64,000 nt of DNA from positions 640,001 to 704,000 of the forward strand of contig OZ244999.1 in assembly GCA_965223265.1 (NCBI GenBank), written 5' to 3'. Every line of letters begins with the position of its first letter. The stretch's first letter is position 1. A program made the translations under genes and the position numbers. The DNA comes from Planctomycetota bacterium. GTDB taxonomy: Bacteria; Planctomycetota; UBA8108; SXIK01. Shown here piece by piece: positions 28,306-37,556 of the stretch. The notes below the pieces were generated by a model. It was not told the DNA's origin, ran no database searches, and saw only the letters and a list, made by a program, of their open reading frames with translations.

Positions 28306-30705
28306 ATGATGAGACAAAGAGGTATCGTTTGCGGTGTTGTCGGAGTGAGGCTCGGGTTGATTGTTCCGTTTTGCGCCGTGCTCGGTCTCACCGGAGCAGT
28401 TCAAGCTCAGCCCGTTTTGAACTACTCCGTGCCGACGGCCGCGCCGCGTGGGCAAACGATCGAGGTGCGCCTTCACGGTGAGAAGCTGAACGACGTGAAG
28501 GCGCTTTGGTGCAGCTTTGGTGGGCACCTTGAGCGCCTCGTTCCTGATGATCAAGCGGTGCAGACGGCCACCGGGGGCGATGAGAAAGCTGCGGTCGACA
28601 CCACCGTACTCTCATGTCGGCTGAATGTGCCTCTGCACGCTCCGCCTGGACGTGGCGCCATCCGCGTGGCGACGCGCGAAGGCGTCTCGAATCCTCTCCT
28701 CTTTTTCATCGACGATCTCCCGACGGTTACGGCTACGGCTGAGTCGACGCAGCTGGATCGTGCGATGCCCATCAAACCACCGCTGGCTGTTGACGGCAGC
28801 GCGGTGTCGCGGAACTATACGTACTTCGCTCTCGACATCGAGGCCAAGCAGAAGCTGTCGTTCGAAGTGATTGCGAGCCGTCTCGCTTCGCAGCTCGATC
28901 CAGTCGTGCGCCTTCTCGACGCGGATGGTCGCGAGCTCGCGTTCGCCGACGATGATCAAAGTATTGGCGTCGATCCGCGGCTCGTGTACACGTTCGAGCA
29001 GCCGGGGCGATACTTTCTCTCGCTTCACGACGTCCGCTATCGCGGTGGAGATGGTTTTCGCTACCGCTTGCGAGTCGGGGACTTCCCCCTGGTCAGCAGC
29101 ACGTTCCCACTCGGGGCGCGGTTGGGCACGGTGGCGGAGGTGTCGTTCGTCGGTCCAGATGTAGCCGATGTGGAGCCGCTGCAGCTCGCGCTGCCTCGCG
29201 AGCTTTCGACCTCGTCGCCGTTGACGCTTGGCGTCAAGCGCCGTACCGGAGTCTACTCGGGATTCGTCACGCTCGCGGCGACCACGCTCCCCGAGCTCTT
29301 GGAAGTGGAGCCGAACGAGAAGGTCGAAGAGTCACAGCGCTTCTCGATCCCATGCGTCATCAACGGCCGTTTCCAGAGCGCTCGAGACATGGATCACTAT
29401 CGTTTCGCCGGCAAGAAAGGGGAGCAGATCTTGTTCACCGGTCTGACTCGGTCTCTCGGTTCGCCGACGGATCTCTTGCTGCGATGCTTGCGCGCCGATG
29501 GCTCGCAGCTCGGACGCGTCGACGACAGCGGTGACGACGAGGGACGACTGCAGATCACGCTTCCTGACGACGGCGAGTATGTGCTTGCCGTCGAGGACCT
29601 GCACTATCGCGGCGGACCAGAATTCGGTTATCGCATCGAGGCACGCAGGGCTGCCGTCGAGTTCGCGCTTCGCTACAAGGTAGAGCGACTGAACGTGCCA
29701 CGCGGCGGCGTCGCTGCTCTCGACGTCGAATGCGAGCGGCGCGGATATGGAGGGCCGATTCGTCTGGAACCCGACGGACTTCCTGGAGCGAGAGTGATCG
29801 ACGGCGGCACGTTGGCTGCCGGCGCGAACCAAACGCGACTACGCCTTCGCGTCCCTCATGGCATGGAGGAGGGACGGTTGTTGCGATTGCGTGTGCGCGG
29901 CTGGCCAGAGGGTGCGGGTTCCGCATCGGCCCAGCTTGCCAGCGCGAGTGCTGCGCTGCGGGCTCTGGATCCCCGCCGCGAGTACCCGCCATCGGGCTTG
30001 GAGGATCACGTCGCGATCGGCATCACGCCGCCTTTTGCCGATTTCTACGCGCTCAGCATTGAGCCCGATGTCGTCCTCTATCCTCGAGGCGGCGCGGGTG
30101 CAAAACTGAAGGTGACCCGGACGCGCCTCAACGAGGCGTGCGAAGAAGCAGTCGCGCTCACGGTCCACGGCCTGCCGCCTGGTTTGCGCGCCGTTGTCGC
30201 CGGGATCGAGAAGGAGGAGGAGAAGATTCGCCTGCAGATACCCAAGGGGAAAGACGAAGTCGACTTGCTCCTTGAAGGCAACGCAGCGAGCCTCACAGAG
30301 GCGGCCACACTTACGATCGACGCAGCGGCAACGTTTCAAGATCAGCCGCAGCGGTACGTCGTTAGCGGCATCGACTTTCGGCTCGTGCCACCGCTCCATG
30401 TGAGTCCGAAACCGGTTCCCTTTGTGCGCGGCGGTCGAACGGCGATAGCGATTCGAGTTGAGCGCTTCGGCGCTGAAGCGTCGGTTGTGAAGTTGAGCTG
30501 GATCGACCTACCAGCGGGGATGACTCCGGCCTCACCGCATGAGATCGCTGCTGACAAGAGTGAAGGCAGTTTCTCCCTTGACGTGGCTCTCAGCGTCGCC
30601 TCGGGAAAGTACAGCGGGGTGCGGATCATCGCCACGACGCGTGTCGGCGACCGAGACGTCGTCGTCAGAACAGAGCCGTTCGCGATCGAGGTCAAGTCAA
30701 AGTGA
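28306..30705 (+). CDS. Planctomycete PPC (pre-peptidase C-terminal) domain-containing secreted protein
   Basis: P.A..RG.T.EV...G..L, IRVAT.EGVSN, A.RL.S.LDP...L.D.DGREL...DD, EVEPNE and YRGG..F.YR. Start at ATG 28306 after GAGG. Confidence 0.8.
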   Translation: MMRQRGIVCGVVGVRLGLIVPFCAVLGLTGAVQAQPVLNYSVPTAAPRGQTIEVRLHGEKLNDVKALWCSFGGHLERLVPDDQAVQTATGGDEKAAVDTTVLSCRLNVPLHAPPGRGAIRVATREGVSNPLLFFIDDLPTVTATAESTQLDRAMPIKPPLAVDGSAVSRNYTYFALDIEAKQKLSFEVIASRLASQLDPVVRLLDADGRELAFADDDQSIGVDPRLVYTFEQPGRYFLSLHDVRYRGGDGFRYRLRVGDFPLVSSTFPLGARLGTVAEVSFVGPDVADVEPLQLALPRELSTSSPLTLGVKRRTGVYSGFVTLAATTLPELLEVEPNEKVEESQRFSIPCVINGRFQSARDMDHYRFAGKKGEQILFTGLTRSLGSPTDLLLRCLRADGSQLGRVDDSGDDEGRLQITLPDDGEYVLAVEDLHYRGGPEFGYRIEARRAAVEFALRYKVERLNVPRGGVAALDVECERRGYGGPIRLEPDGLPGARVIDGGTLAAGANQTRLRLRVPHGMEEGRLLRLRVRGWPEGAGSASAQLASASAALRALDPRREYPPSGLEDHVAIGITPPFADFYALSIEPDVVLYPRGGAGAKLKVTRTRLNEACEEAVALTVHGLPPGLRAVVAGIEKEEEKIRLQIPKGKDEVDLLLEGNAASLTEAATLTIDAAATFQDQPQRYVVSGIDFRLVPPLHVSPKPVPFVRGGRTAIAIRVERFGAEASVVKLSWIDLPAGMTPASPHEIAADKSEGSFSLDVALSVASGKYSGVRIIATTRVGDRDVVVRTEPFAIEVKSK

Positions 30706-30751
30706 ACGAAACGAACGCCGGCCGAACTGATGCGCGGCGAAGGAGAGGACG

Positions 30752-31903
30752 ATGAAAACGATACGAAGTACGACGATTACGCTGACCTTGCTCGCTGGGC
30801 TCTTGGTGTCGCCGCAGGTCATAGGTACTGAAGGCGAATGGAAGCGTCACGTGGTTCATTCGGGGTTTCATACCTCCACAGCAGTGGCTGCGGATTTCAC
30901 CGGTGACGGCAAAGTCGACGTCATCGCCAATAGCGGCAGCAAGACGCGCCTGTTGATCGCTCCGGACTGGCGGGAGCTTGTGATCGATAACCGACCTGGG
31001 CACGACTTCATCCATAGTGAGGTCTGGGACATTGACGGCGACGGCGATCCTGACTTCGTCGGTGCGCGTTACAGCCCAGGGCTCATCGTTTGGCTGGAGC
31101 GGCCGCAACGCCCCGAGATCGAACCATGGCCGTGTCATAAGATCGACGAACAGGTCAACGGTGTCCACGGTGTCATCAAGGGTGACATCGACGGTGACGG
31201 TCGTATCGACTTGCTCGCCAACAGTGGCCAACCAAAAGGGCCGTTCGCGAATTCGCTCGTCTGGTACAAAGCACCCAAGTTTCCCTCTGGTGCGAGCTCC
31301 TGGAAACGAACGGTATTCGCCAAGGGCGACGCGCCAGGCCTAAGCCACTATCTCGGCTATGGAGACATCAACGGCGACGGACGCCCTGACGCGGCGAGCG
31401 CGGCGAAAGGCGGCCCGTATGCTGACCCGGGAACCGGTGACTGGTTCGCCTGGTGGGAGGCGCCCGAGAATCCGCACCAGGTGTGGAAGAAGCATCGCGT
31501 CGGCGGCAAACAACCCGGTGCCACAAACATTCACCCAGTCGACGTCAACGGCGATGGACGTGTTGATCTTCTCGCGTCGAGAGGACACGGCCGTGGCGTG
31601 GTATGGTTTGAGGCTCCGGACTGGATTGAGCACGTGATCCACGCGTCGTTTCACGGCCCGCACTGCCTTGTCGTTGTCGACATGGACGGTGACGGCGACA
31701 TTGACGCCGCAAGTTGCGCCAAGGACGACAAAGTCGCGGCTTGGTTCGAGAATGACGGGCGGGGCAATTTCACCACCCATGTTGTCGGACGGGAACAAGC
31801 TGCTTACGACATTAGAGCTGTCGACATGGATGGCGACGACGACCTCGACCTCCTCATCGCGGGGCAGGCGAGCAAGAACGTCGTTTGGTACGAACACCCG
31901 TAG
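30752..31903 (+). CDS. Secreted FG-GAP/VCBS repeat beta-propeller protein
   Basis: Signal peptide plus seven D(I/V/M/F)xGDGxxD repeats with W.E.P / W..H linkers. Confidence 0.85.
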   Translation: MKTIRSTTITLTLLAGLLVSPQVIGTEGEWKRHVVHSGFHTSTAVAADFTGDGKVDVIANSGSKTRLLIAPDWRELVIDNRPGHDFIHSEVWDIDGDGDPDFVGARYSPGLIVWLERPQRPEIEPWPCHKIDEQVNGVHGVIKGDIDGDGRIDLLANSGQPKGPFANSLVWYKAPKFPSGASSWKRTVFAKGDAPGLSHYLGYGDINGDGRPDAASAAKGGPYADPGTGDWFAWWEAPENPHQVWKKHRVGGKQPGATNIHPVDVNGDGRVDLLASRGHGRGVVWFEAPDWIEHVIHASFHGPHCLVVVDMDGDGDIDAASCAKDDKVAAWFENDGRGNFTTHVVGREQAAYDIRAVDMDGDDDLDLLIAGQASKNVVWYEHP

Positions 31904-31923
31904 GACGTCACGGCGCCTTGGCG

Positions 31924-32742
31924 CTATCTCGTCTTCGCTTGCGAGTTCAAGCTCCAGTCGTACTTCAGGTAGCGCACGCGCACGCGGTTCTTTTCAAGGA
32001 AGGCGCGGTCGTCGTCGGTCGCGAATCGTCGCACGAACGCCAACACTCCCGCGTCGCTATCGCCGAAGTCCTCCTCGAACCAGTCGAAGATTTTTGAGAC
32101 GTACATCGTTTTGCGTTCGCGGTCGAGGTGATTCTTTCTCTGCCGGCTCTTCGTCAGCCCGGCGCGAATCCAGCGGCGACATTCCTCGTCGAGCTGCGCG
32201 TCGAGTTGTGCGCCGGTGTAGGCTTCAGGTCGCAGTCTTGGGCAACTCGACGCGCCGCAGACGAGTGCCGCGTGAATGCGGTTGTCGTCGAACTTCTTGC
32301 GCAAGATCTCGTGCTCAATTTCATTGAGGGTGCGGATCTTTCCCGCGATTTTGTAGTTCTTCTCTTTGAAGATGTTTTTACCGAAAAGCGCCGCGTTCGG
32401 CACCACTTTCGGTAGGTCGGCATCGACGAGCGTCTGTGCGCAAACTGCGTTGTAAGCGTTGATCCAGAACGCTTTCTCTTCCGCCGCGCTGCCGAGGCTG
32501 CGAACGTCGACCGCAGCGAGCGCGGCTAAGTACGTTTTCAGCTCACGGCTCCATTGTCCGCTGAGCGCCTTGTAGTCGACCCAGCCGTCATCGGTCACCG
32601 TCTCCTTGAGGATTTTGTCCCAGCGGCTGTGATCGAACTCTTCACCTTGGACGCTGCTGATCAGCGTCGCACCGACAAGTACGACACATAGCGACTGAGT
32701 CAGCCAATTCAAACGACGACGGTCCAGCGATCGATTCTGCAT
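31924..32742 (-). CDS. DUF547 domain-containing protein
   Basis: FDHSRWD..L...V...G.VDY, AFWINAYNA, LNEIEH.ILR, RIH.ALVCGA.SCP.L, SKIFDWF.EDF and YDWSLN. ATG 32742 with GAGGAG RBS. Confidence 0.9.
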   Translation of the reverse strand: MQNRSLDRRRLNWLTQSLCVVLVGATLISSVQGEEFDHSRWDKILKETVTDDGWVDYKALSGQWSRELKTYLAALAAVDVRSLGSAAEEKAFWINAYNAVCAQTLVDADLPKVVPNAALFGKNIFKEKNYKIAGKIRTLNEIEHEILRKKFDDNRIHAALVCGASSCPRLRPEAYTGAQLDAQLDEECRRWIRAGLTKSRQRKNHLDRERKTMYVSKIFDWFEEDFGDSDAGVLAFVRRFATDDDRAFLEKNRVRVRYLKYDWSLNSQAKTR

Positions 32743-32986
32743 GGTGAGAGCTCCTCTACGTGCGGACACTTCAACACGGAGTTCGGTCCGACATTCGTCG
32801 CAGCGTTAGTTGAGGACGCCACGCAAATACGGGTGCGCCTTTGCTTCCGCCTCGATCCTCTTCAATAACGGCTGAGAAGGGTTCTTTGCTCCGTGTTTTT
32901 TTGCACGGGGCTGCAGGCACAAGAGTGCCGTCGGCGTAGGCATTTACGACGCGGGGTTGGAGATCGCCGACCCACGATTGAGGCCA

Positions 32987-34498
32987 TCAGGCGATGAGGT
33001 CTGCGATGGGCTCGGCGTGATAGATATGGTGCGGCCGATCCGTCGCGTCGTACCAAGCAGCACTGGGTGGAATGCCGAGCGCCTGGTAGATCGTCGCCGC
33101 CATGTTCTCGACTTTTTGCGGGTCGGAATCCGGATAGGCGCCGGCTGCATCGGAGGAGCCGATGACGGTACCGCCACGCACGCCACCGCCGGCGAAGAAA
33201 ACGGTTTGGACTGGGCCCCAGTGATCGCGTCCCGCAAGAGGAGCGCCGGGGATCTTGAAAATGCGCGGCGTGCGTCCGAATTCACCGGCCATGACGACCA
33301 GCGTTTCATCCAGAAGGCCCGTCGCAGCGAGGTCGTCCAGGAACGCAGAGAGCGATTGGTCCAGCGGTGGAAGCAAGTGATCCTTAAGATTTCGAAACGC
33401 GGCTTGGTGCGTGTCCCACGTCTCGTTGTTGCCCAGGTTAACCTGAACGAGTCGCGCGCCAACTTCTAGAAGCTGCCGCGTCATGAGAAGTGACCGCCCG
33501 AACTGATGACGTCCATAGCGATCGAGAGTTACAGGGTCGACATTCGAAACGTCGAACGCTCGCTGCACACGCGCGTCAGCCAAGAGCGACGCGGCCTGTT
33601 CGCGGTGACGGCTCAATTTCCTCGCGTCGCTGAATTTGTCGAGATCCCGCTGCTGATCTTCGATCACCTTGAGGAACCCGAGGCGCCGACCTAACCGGCG
33701 AGTGGTCAATCCTTCGGGCAAGCGAAGGCTTGGCGCTTCGAACGCGGGCTCGATCGCGTGGTCGAAAGCGCCGCTGGCATGATGAAAGCAGTCCGGGCAG
33801 GCGCCATAGGAGCCCTTGCAGTCGACGGCTGCTTTCACGAGCCAAGGGTCCCACTGCGATCCCATGATGCCGGCGTACTGCCCAGGGATCACCCGGCCGC
33901 TGCGATGCACCAGTGCGTGGGGGAGCACGATTGACTGCGGCAGAGGGGATTTCGGACTCGAACCCCCAGGCGCCGGGGCGGCGTCCTTCACTCCAAAGAT
34001 TTTGTCTGGGTTTTCGAACGCATAACCCGCGACCGCACCAATCGCCGGCCAGTCCGTTGGCTTTGGCCGGTTGAAGTCGAACCCTTCCGGCAGCTGCGTC
34101 CGCCCCGACAGCATCACCATATGCCCTTGCGAGTGCTCGTTGAACGGATGGGTGAGTGAGCGAACGAGCGCCCAGCGCTCACTCTGCGTCGCCAGTCGCG
34201 GCAAGTGCTCGCAGATTTGGATGCCGGGAGTGCGCGTTGGAATCGGCTTGAACTCGCCGCGGATCGCTGCGGGACCGTCGGGCTTCATGTCGAAGCTCTC
34301 GTGCTGCGCGAGACCACCGGACAGGAAGATGTAGACGACAGATTTGGCTTTGATCGCCGAGGAGTTCGGCTGCGCCGCCTGGAGTCGAGCTAAATCGCCC
34401 ATGCCGAGCCCGACAAGCCCGACGGCTCCGACTTGAATCGCTGCTCGACGACTCACAGTGGAGTCGCGACCACGGAGATCCCTGCCTTGATTGGACAT
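32987..34498 (-). CDS. DUF1501 domain-containing protein (Tat-type signal)
   Basis: SRR...VG, FLSGGLAQHESFDMKP, RGEFKPIPT..PG..ICEHLP, WDTH, GEFGRTP and GRDHW. Confidence 0.92.
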   Translation of the reverse strand: MSNQGRDLRGRDSTVSRRAAIQVGAVGLVGLGMGDLARLQAAQPNSSAIKAKSVVYIFLSGGLAQHESFDMKPDGPAAIRGEFKPIPTRTPGIQICEHLPRLATQSERWALVRSLTHPFNEHSQGHMVMLSGRTQLPEGFDFNRPKPTDWPAIGAVAGYAFENPDKIFGVKDAAPAPGGSSPKSPLPQSIVLPHALVHRSGRVIPGQYAGIMGSQWDPWLVKAAVDCKGSYGACPDCFHHASGAFDHAIEPAFEAPSLRLPEGLTTRRLGRRLGFLKVIEDQQRDLDKFSDARKLSRHREQAASLLADARVQRAFDVSNVDPVTLDRYGRHQFGRSLLMTRQLLEVGARLVQVNLGNNETWDTHQAAFRNLKDHLLPPLDQSLSAFLDDLAATGLLDETLVVMAGEFGRTPRIFKIPGAPLAGRDHWGPVQTVFFAGGGVRGGTVIGSSDAAGAYPDSDPQKVENMAATIYQALGIPPSAAWYDATDRPHHIYHAEPIADLIA

Positions 34499-34625
34499 GA
34501 GCTCGTTGCCTCCGCTCGCTCAACCGTGACTGACGATGACTACTCACTTCAACGTACCGGATCGCGGCGGGTGGGGGAAGCGTCTATTGGCGCGGGGATG
34601 GATTCTGAGACGGGCGGATTCAGAG

Positions 34626-34850
34626 GGCGGAGACGGAGAGACAGATTCCACTCCCGCAAGTCGGACGGCACACGAGGCTGTGAAGTTCTCAAAACGTGCT
34701 GTCGAAACTCGTGGTCCACGGCCACGGCCACTGCCACGGTCCACGGTCACGCTCCACGCTCCACGCTCCACAATCACCTCCGGAACGGCACACGGCGTGT
34801 GCCTGCTACTTTGGGAAACGCCACGCCCACGCATTCGCCCACGCCCACGC
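34626..34850. repeat. Composite low-complexity intergenic repeat (GGCGGAGAC tract, CAAGTCGGACGG core, CCACG(G/C)-type and CACGCC repeats)
   Basis: CCACGG/CCACGCT runs at about 34716-34771 and CACGCC runs at about 34820-34850. Shares the exact 12-mer CAAGTCGGACGG (34657-34668) with 3721-3732. Confidence 0.7.
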
Positions 34851-34895
34851 AAACCGGTTCGGCAGCGGCGACCGAACTCCTACGTATGGCGACCG

Positions 34896-37475
34896 CTAGC
34901 GACGGAAGAGGAACTCGCGTGAGTTGAGGAGCGCCCAGAGAATGTCTTCGAGCGCGGCTCTGGGGCTTTCAGCTGCGCCTTCGAGCAGCGCCGTGGCGGC
35001 CGCGCGCTCAGGCCCGCTGGGCGATCTGGCGAGGGCGGCTAAATAGAGCTCGTCCACGATGGAGCTCGACTGCTCACCCGCTGACAGGAGTCGATCGAGG
35101 CGGGCTCCGCGGCGCCGGAGCTTCTCGTTGAACGCTGATCCGCCGAGAAGCTCCAGTGACTGCGCGAAGTTGGAGGTGCTCGGACGTTCACACTCGCATG
35201 CCAGCTGGCGCTGCGGCTTCCCGAACTTTTTCAGGAACTCGCCCGCCGCGTCGTCGTCTGGGAGTTGAACCGCTCGTGCGCCGAGCGGAATGCCCGCGTA
35301 TGACTCCTGCAAATCGAGCACGCTATCGACGGCGTCTGCTAGTTGCTCTGCGCTCAAGCGTCGCGGCAAAGCGTACGCAAAGTAACGGTCGTAGCGTTCG
35401 GGCTCATTCGTCGACGCTCTCAGTTGATAGGTGCTGGAATTCAGAATCGTGCGCACGAGGTGGCGAAGGTCAAAGTCGTGCTCGCGTAGATCTGTAGCCA
35501 GGGCGTCGAGAAGCGGCTTGTTGGAGGGTGGGTTAGAGTCACGGAAGTCGTCGACGGGATCGACAATCCCCTGACCAAGAATGTGGTACCAGATGCGATT
35601 GGCGAGTGCCGCAGCGAAGTAAGGGTTATCCGCCGACGTGAGCCACTGAGCGAACAACTCACGGCGATCGGGATGGTCGACGGCGCCATCAACCGTTCGT
35701 GGCCCGCTGTTCGTTAGATACACCGGGAGTGCAGGCCGTCCGCTCCTGGGATTATCGAGGAGCGGGGCGCTCGGGTCGTTCCAGACCACCTGACGGTCGA
35801 CGCTGAGACGTGCGTTGTTGCGACCACGCCGCGGACCGCTGCCCTTGATGCGGACTCCGGAGAAAAAGGATGCGAGCCCATAGTAATCGTTTTGCGTCCA
35901 CCGCTCGAACGGATGGTTGTGGCAACGGGCACAGCCGATGCGGATGCCGAGAAAGAGTTGTGAAACTGTCTCAGCGCGCTCCTCTGGACTGGTCGTGACA
36001 CGGTAGAAGTTCGCCTCCGGATGGACGTTGACGTCGCCGGTGGCGAGCACGAGCCGCTGTGCCATAACGTCGATCGGCAATTTCGCAGCCATCGCGTGGC
36101 GCACCCAACGCTGCAGTTTGAACACTGCCGCAGGCCCAATCGTCTTGCGGTTTGACCGCAGCACGTCAAGCCATTTGAGCGCCCAAAAATCGTTGAACTC
36201 CGGGCGCGCGAGCAGCTCTTCGATCAAGCGCGCACGTTTCTTCGGATCGTCACTGGCGACGAATGCTCGAACGCGGTCCGGGGACGGCAGAAGGGCGATG
36301 GTATCTAAGTAAACGCGGCGGATGAACTCACCGTCGTCTGTCAACCTTGCAGCAGAGATGCCGAGGCGGCGCAGTTTGGCGAAAACATGGCGGTCGACAT
36401 AGTTGCGTTCAGGTGGAAAGACGAGGTCTTCGGGAGTCGATTTAGGCAAGAACGCGATCTCGGAAGTGGCAAGCTGGTCCAAGTACCGCGCGAGCACCAC
36501 CACTTCGCCTTTGCCGCGGCGCGACAGGAGGCCTTGTGCGTCGAGTCCTGCTACTTGTGTGTCGTCGATGGTGAGAACTGCTAGGCGCGTCACATCGCGG
36601 CGAGTACCATCTGCAAAGTGCGCCGTGACGACGAGCTGTTGGCGTGAGTCTGCTCCCCGCAGTGAACGCTGTTTGGGGAACACGTCGATGCCGACCAAGG
36701 GGGCGTCCTGTCGGTCCGTCAGGCCTTCGCGAATCCAGTCACGAATGATCGTGTGTTCTGATCCACCGCGGCGAAAGAGTTTTCCTCCTTGGTGCGGTAC
36801 TTCGCCGAGCGGTTTGCGCAAGACCAGACTGACGTCAGGATCGAGAAACGTGGTCCGCCGCGCTAGGAACTCGCGCGTCAACGAGTCGTAGTCGAGAACA
36901 GGATCGTGTCCGCGTAGGGAGAGACGAAAGCCGTTCTTTCCGCTGGGGGAACCGTGACAGGCGCCGGAGCTACAACCATGCCGCGCAAACACGGCCACCA
37001 CTTCGCGGCGAAAGCTGACCGGGTCAGGCGCCTGCGTTCCCTTCACCCGCAGCGGCGCAGAGATCGATTGGCCTTCGTGCTCGACGGTTATGATTGTCAC
37101 GCCATCGCTCCGCGCAGCGATCCTGCCACCCTCGACGACCGAAGCGACGTTTGCATCGCCAACACGGATGACACTCTCTCGCGTGACGTCGATCCATTCC
37201 GAATCGAGCTCAGGCTCGTCAGCGTTTGAGACTTCGACGACGATTTGCTGGACTGCGCGAGCGCCGTGCAGTTGAACCACTTCGGGATAGATCCGCAGAT
37301 CCGCTGCCAGCAGCGACACGGGCGCAAGGAGCGCGCACAGTAAGAGGCCATTCAGACGGCGTGAACAGATGCGGTCTCGTCGCCGAAGTTTGACGTAGAA
37401 CGATCGTTGGTGCTTCACGGGGTCCACGGAGCTCATTGTCTTGCTGATTGGGGTTCGAAGCAAGTGCGCTGTCAC
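34896..37475 (-). CDS. DUF1549/DUF1553 protein with Ig-like (Big_2) domains
   Basis: CSSGACHG..GKNGFRLSL.G, EFIRRVYLD, QLFLG.RIGCARCHNHPFERWTQ.DYY, NRIW....G.GIVDPVDD and WALLNSREF. Start codon uncertain. Confidence 0.9.
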   Translation of the reverse strand: MTAHLLRTPISKTMSSVDPVKHQRSFYVKLRRRDRICSRRLNGLLLCALLAPVSLLAADLRIYPEVVQLHGARAVQQIVVEVSNADEPELDSEWIDVTRESVIRVGDANVASVVEGGRIAARSDGVTIITVEHEGQSISAPLRVKGTQAPDPVSFRREVVAVFARHGCSSGACHGSPSGKNGFRLSLRGHDPVLDYDSLTREFLARRTTFLDPDVSLVLRKPLGEVPHQGGKLFRRGGSEHTIIRDWIREGLTDRQDAPLVGIDVFPKQRSLRGADSRQQLVVTAHFADGTRRDVTRLAVLTIDDTQVAGLDAQGLLSRRGKGEVVVLARYLDQLATSEIAFLPKSTPEDLVFPPERNYVDRHVFAKLRRLGISAARLTDDGEFIRRVYLDTIALLPSPDRVRAFVASDDPKKRARLIEELLARPEFNDFWALKWLDVLRSNRKTIGPAAVFKLQRWVRHAMAAKLPIDVMAQRLVLATGDVNVHPEANFYRVTTSPEERAETVSQLFLGIRIGCARCHNHPFERWTQNDYYGLASFFSGVRIKGSGPRRGRNNARLSVDRQVVWNDPSAPLLDNPRSGRPALPVYLTNSGPRTVDGAVDHPDRRELFAQWLTSADNPYFAAALANRIWYHILGQGIVDPVDDFRDSNPPSNKPLLDALATDLREHDFDLRHLVRTILNSSTYQLRASTNEPERYDRYFAYALPRRLSAEQLADAVDSVLDLQESYAGIPLGARAVQLPDDDAAGEFLKKFGKPQRQLACECERPSTSNFAQSLELLGGSAFNEKLRRRGARLDRLLSAGEQSSSIVDELYLAALARSPSGPERAAATALLEGAAESPRAALEDILWALLNSREFLFRR

Positions 37476-37556
37476 GGCCCCGGCGGGCCGTCGCCCGCCC
37501 GCGCCCCCTTGTGCGGTGCCATTGTCACGCCATCGTCGGCACGATTTGCAAGTCGA

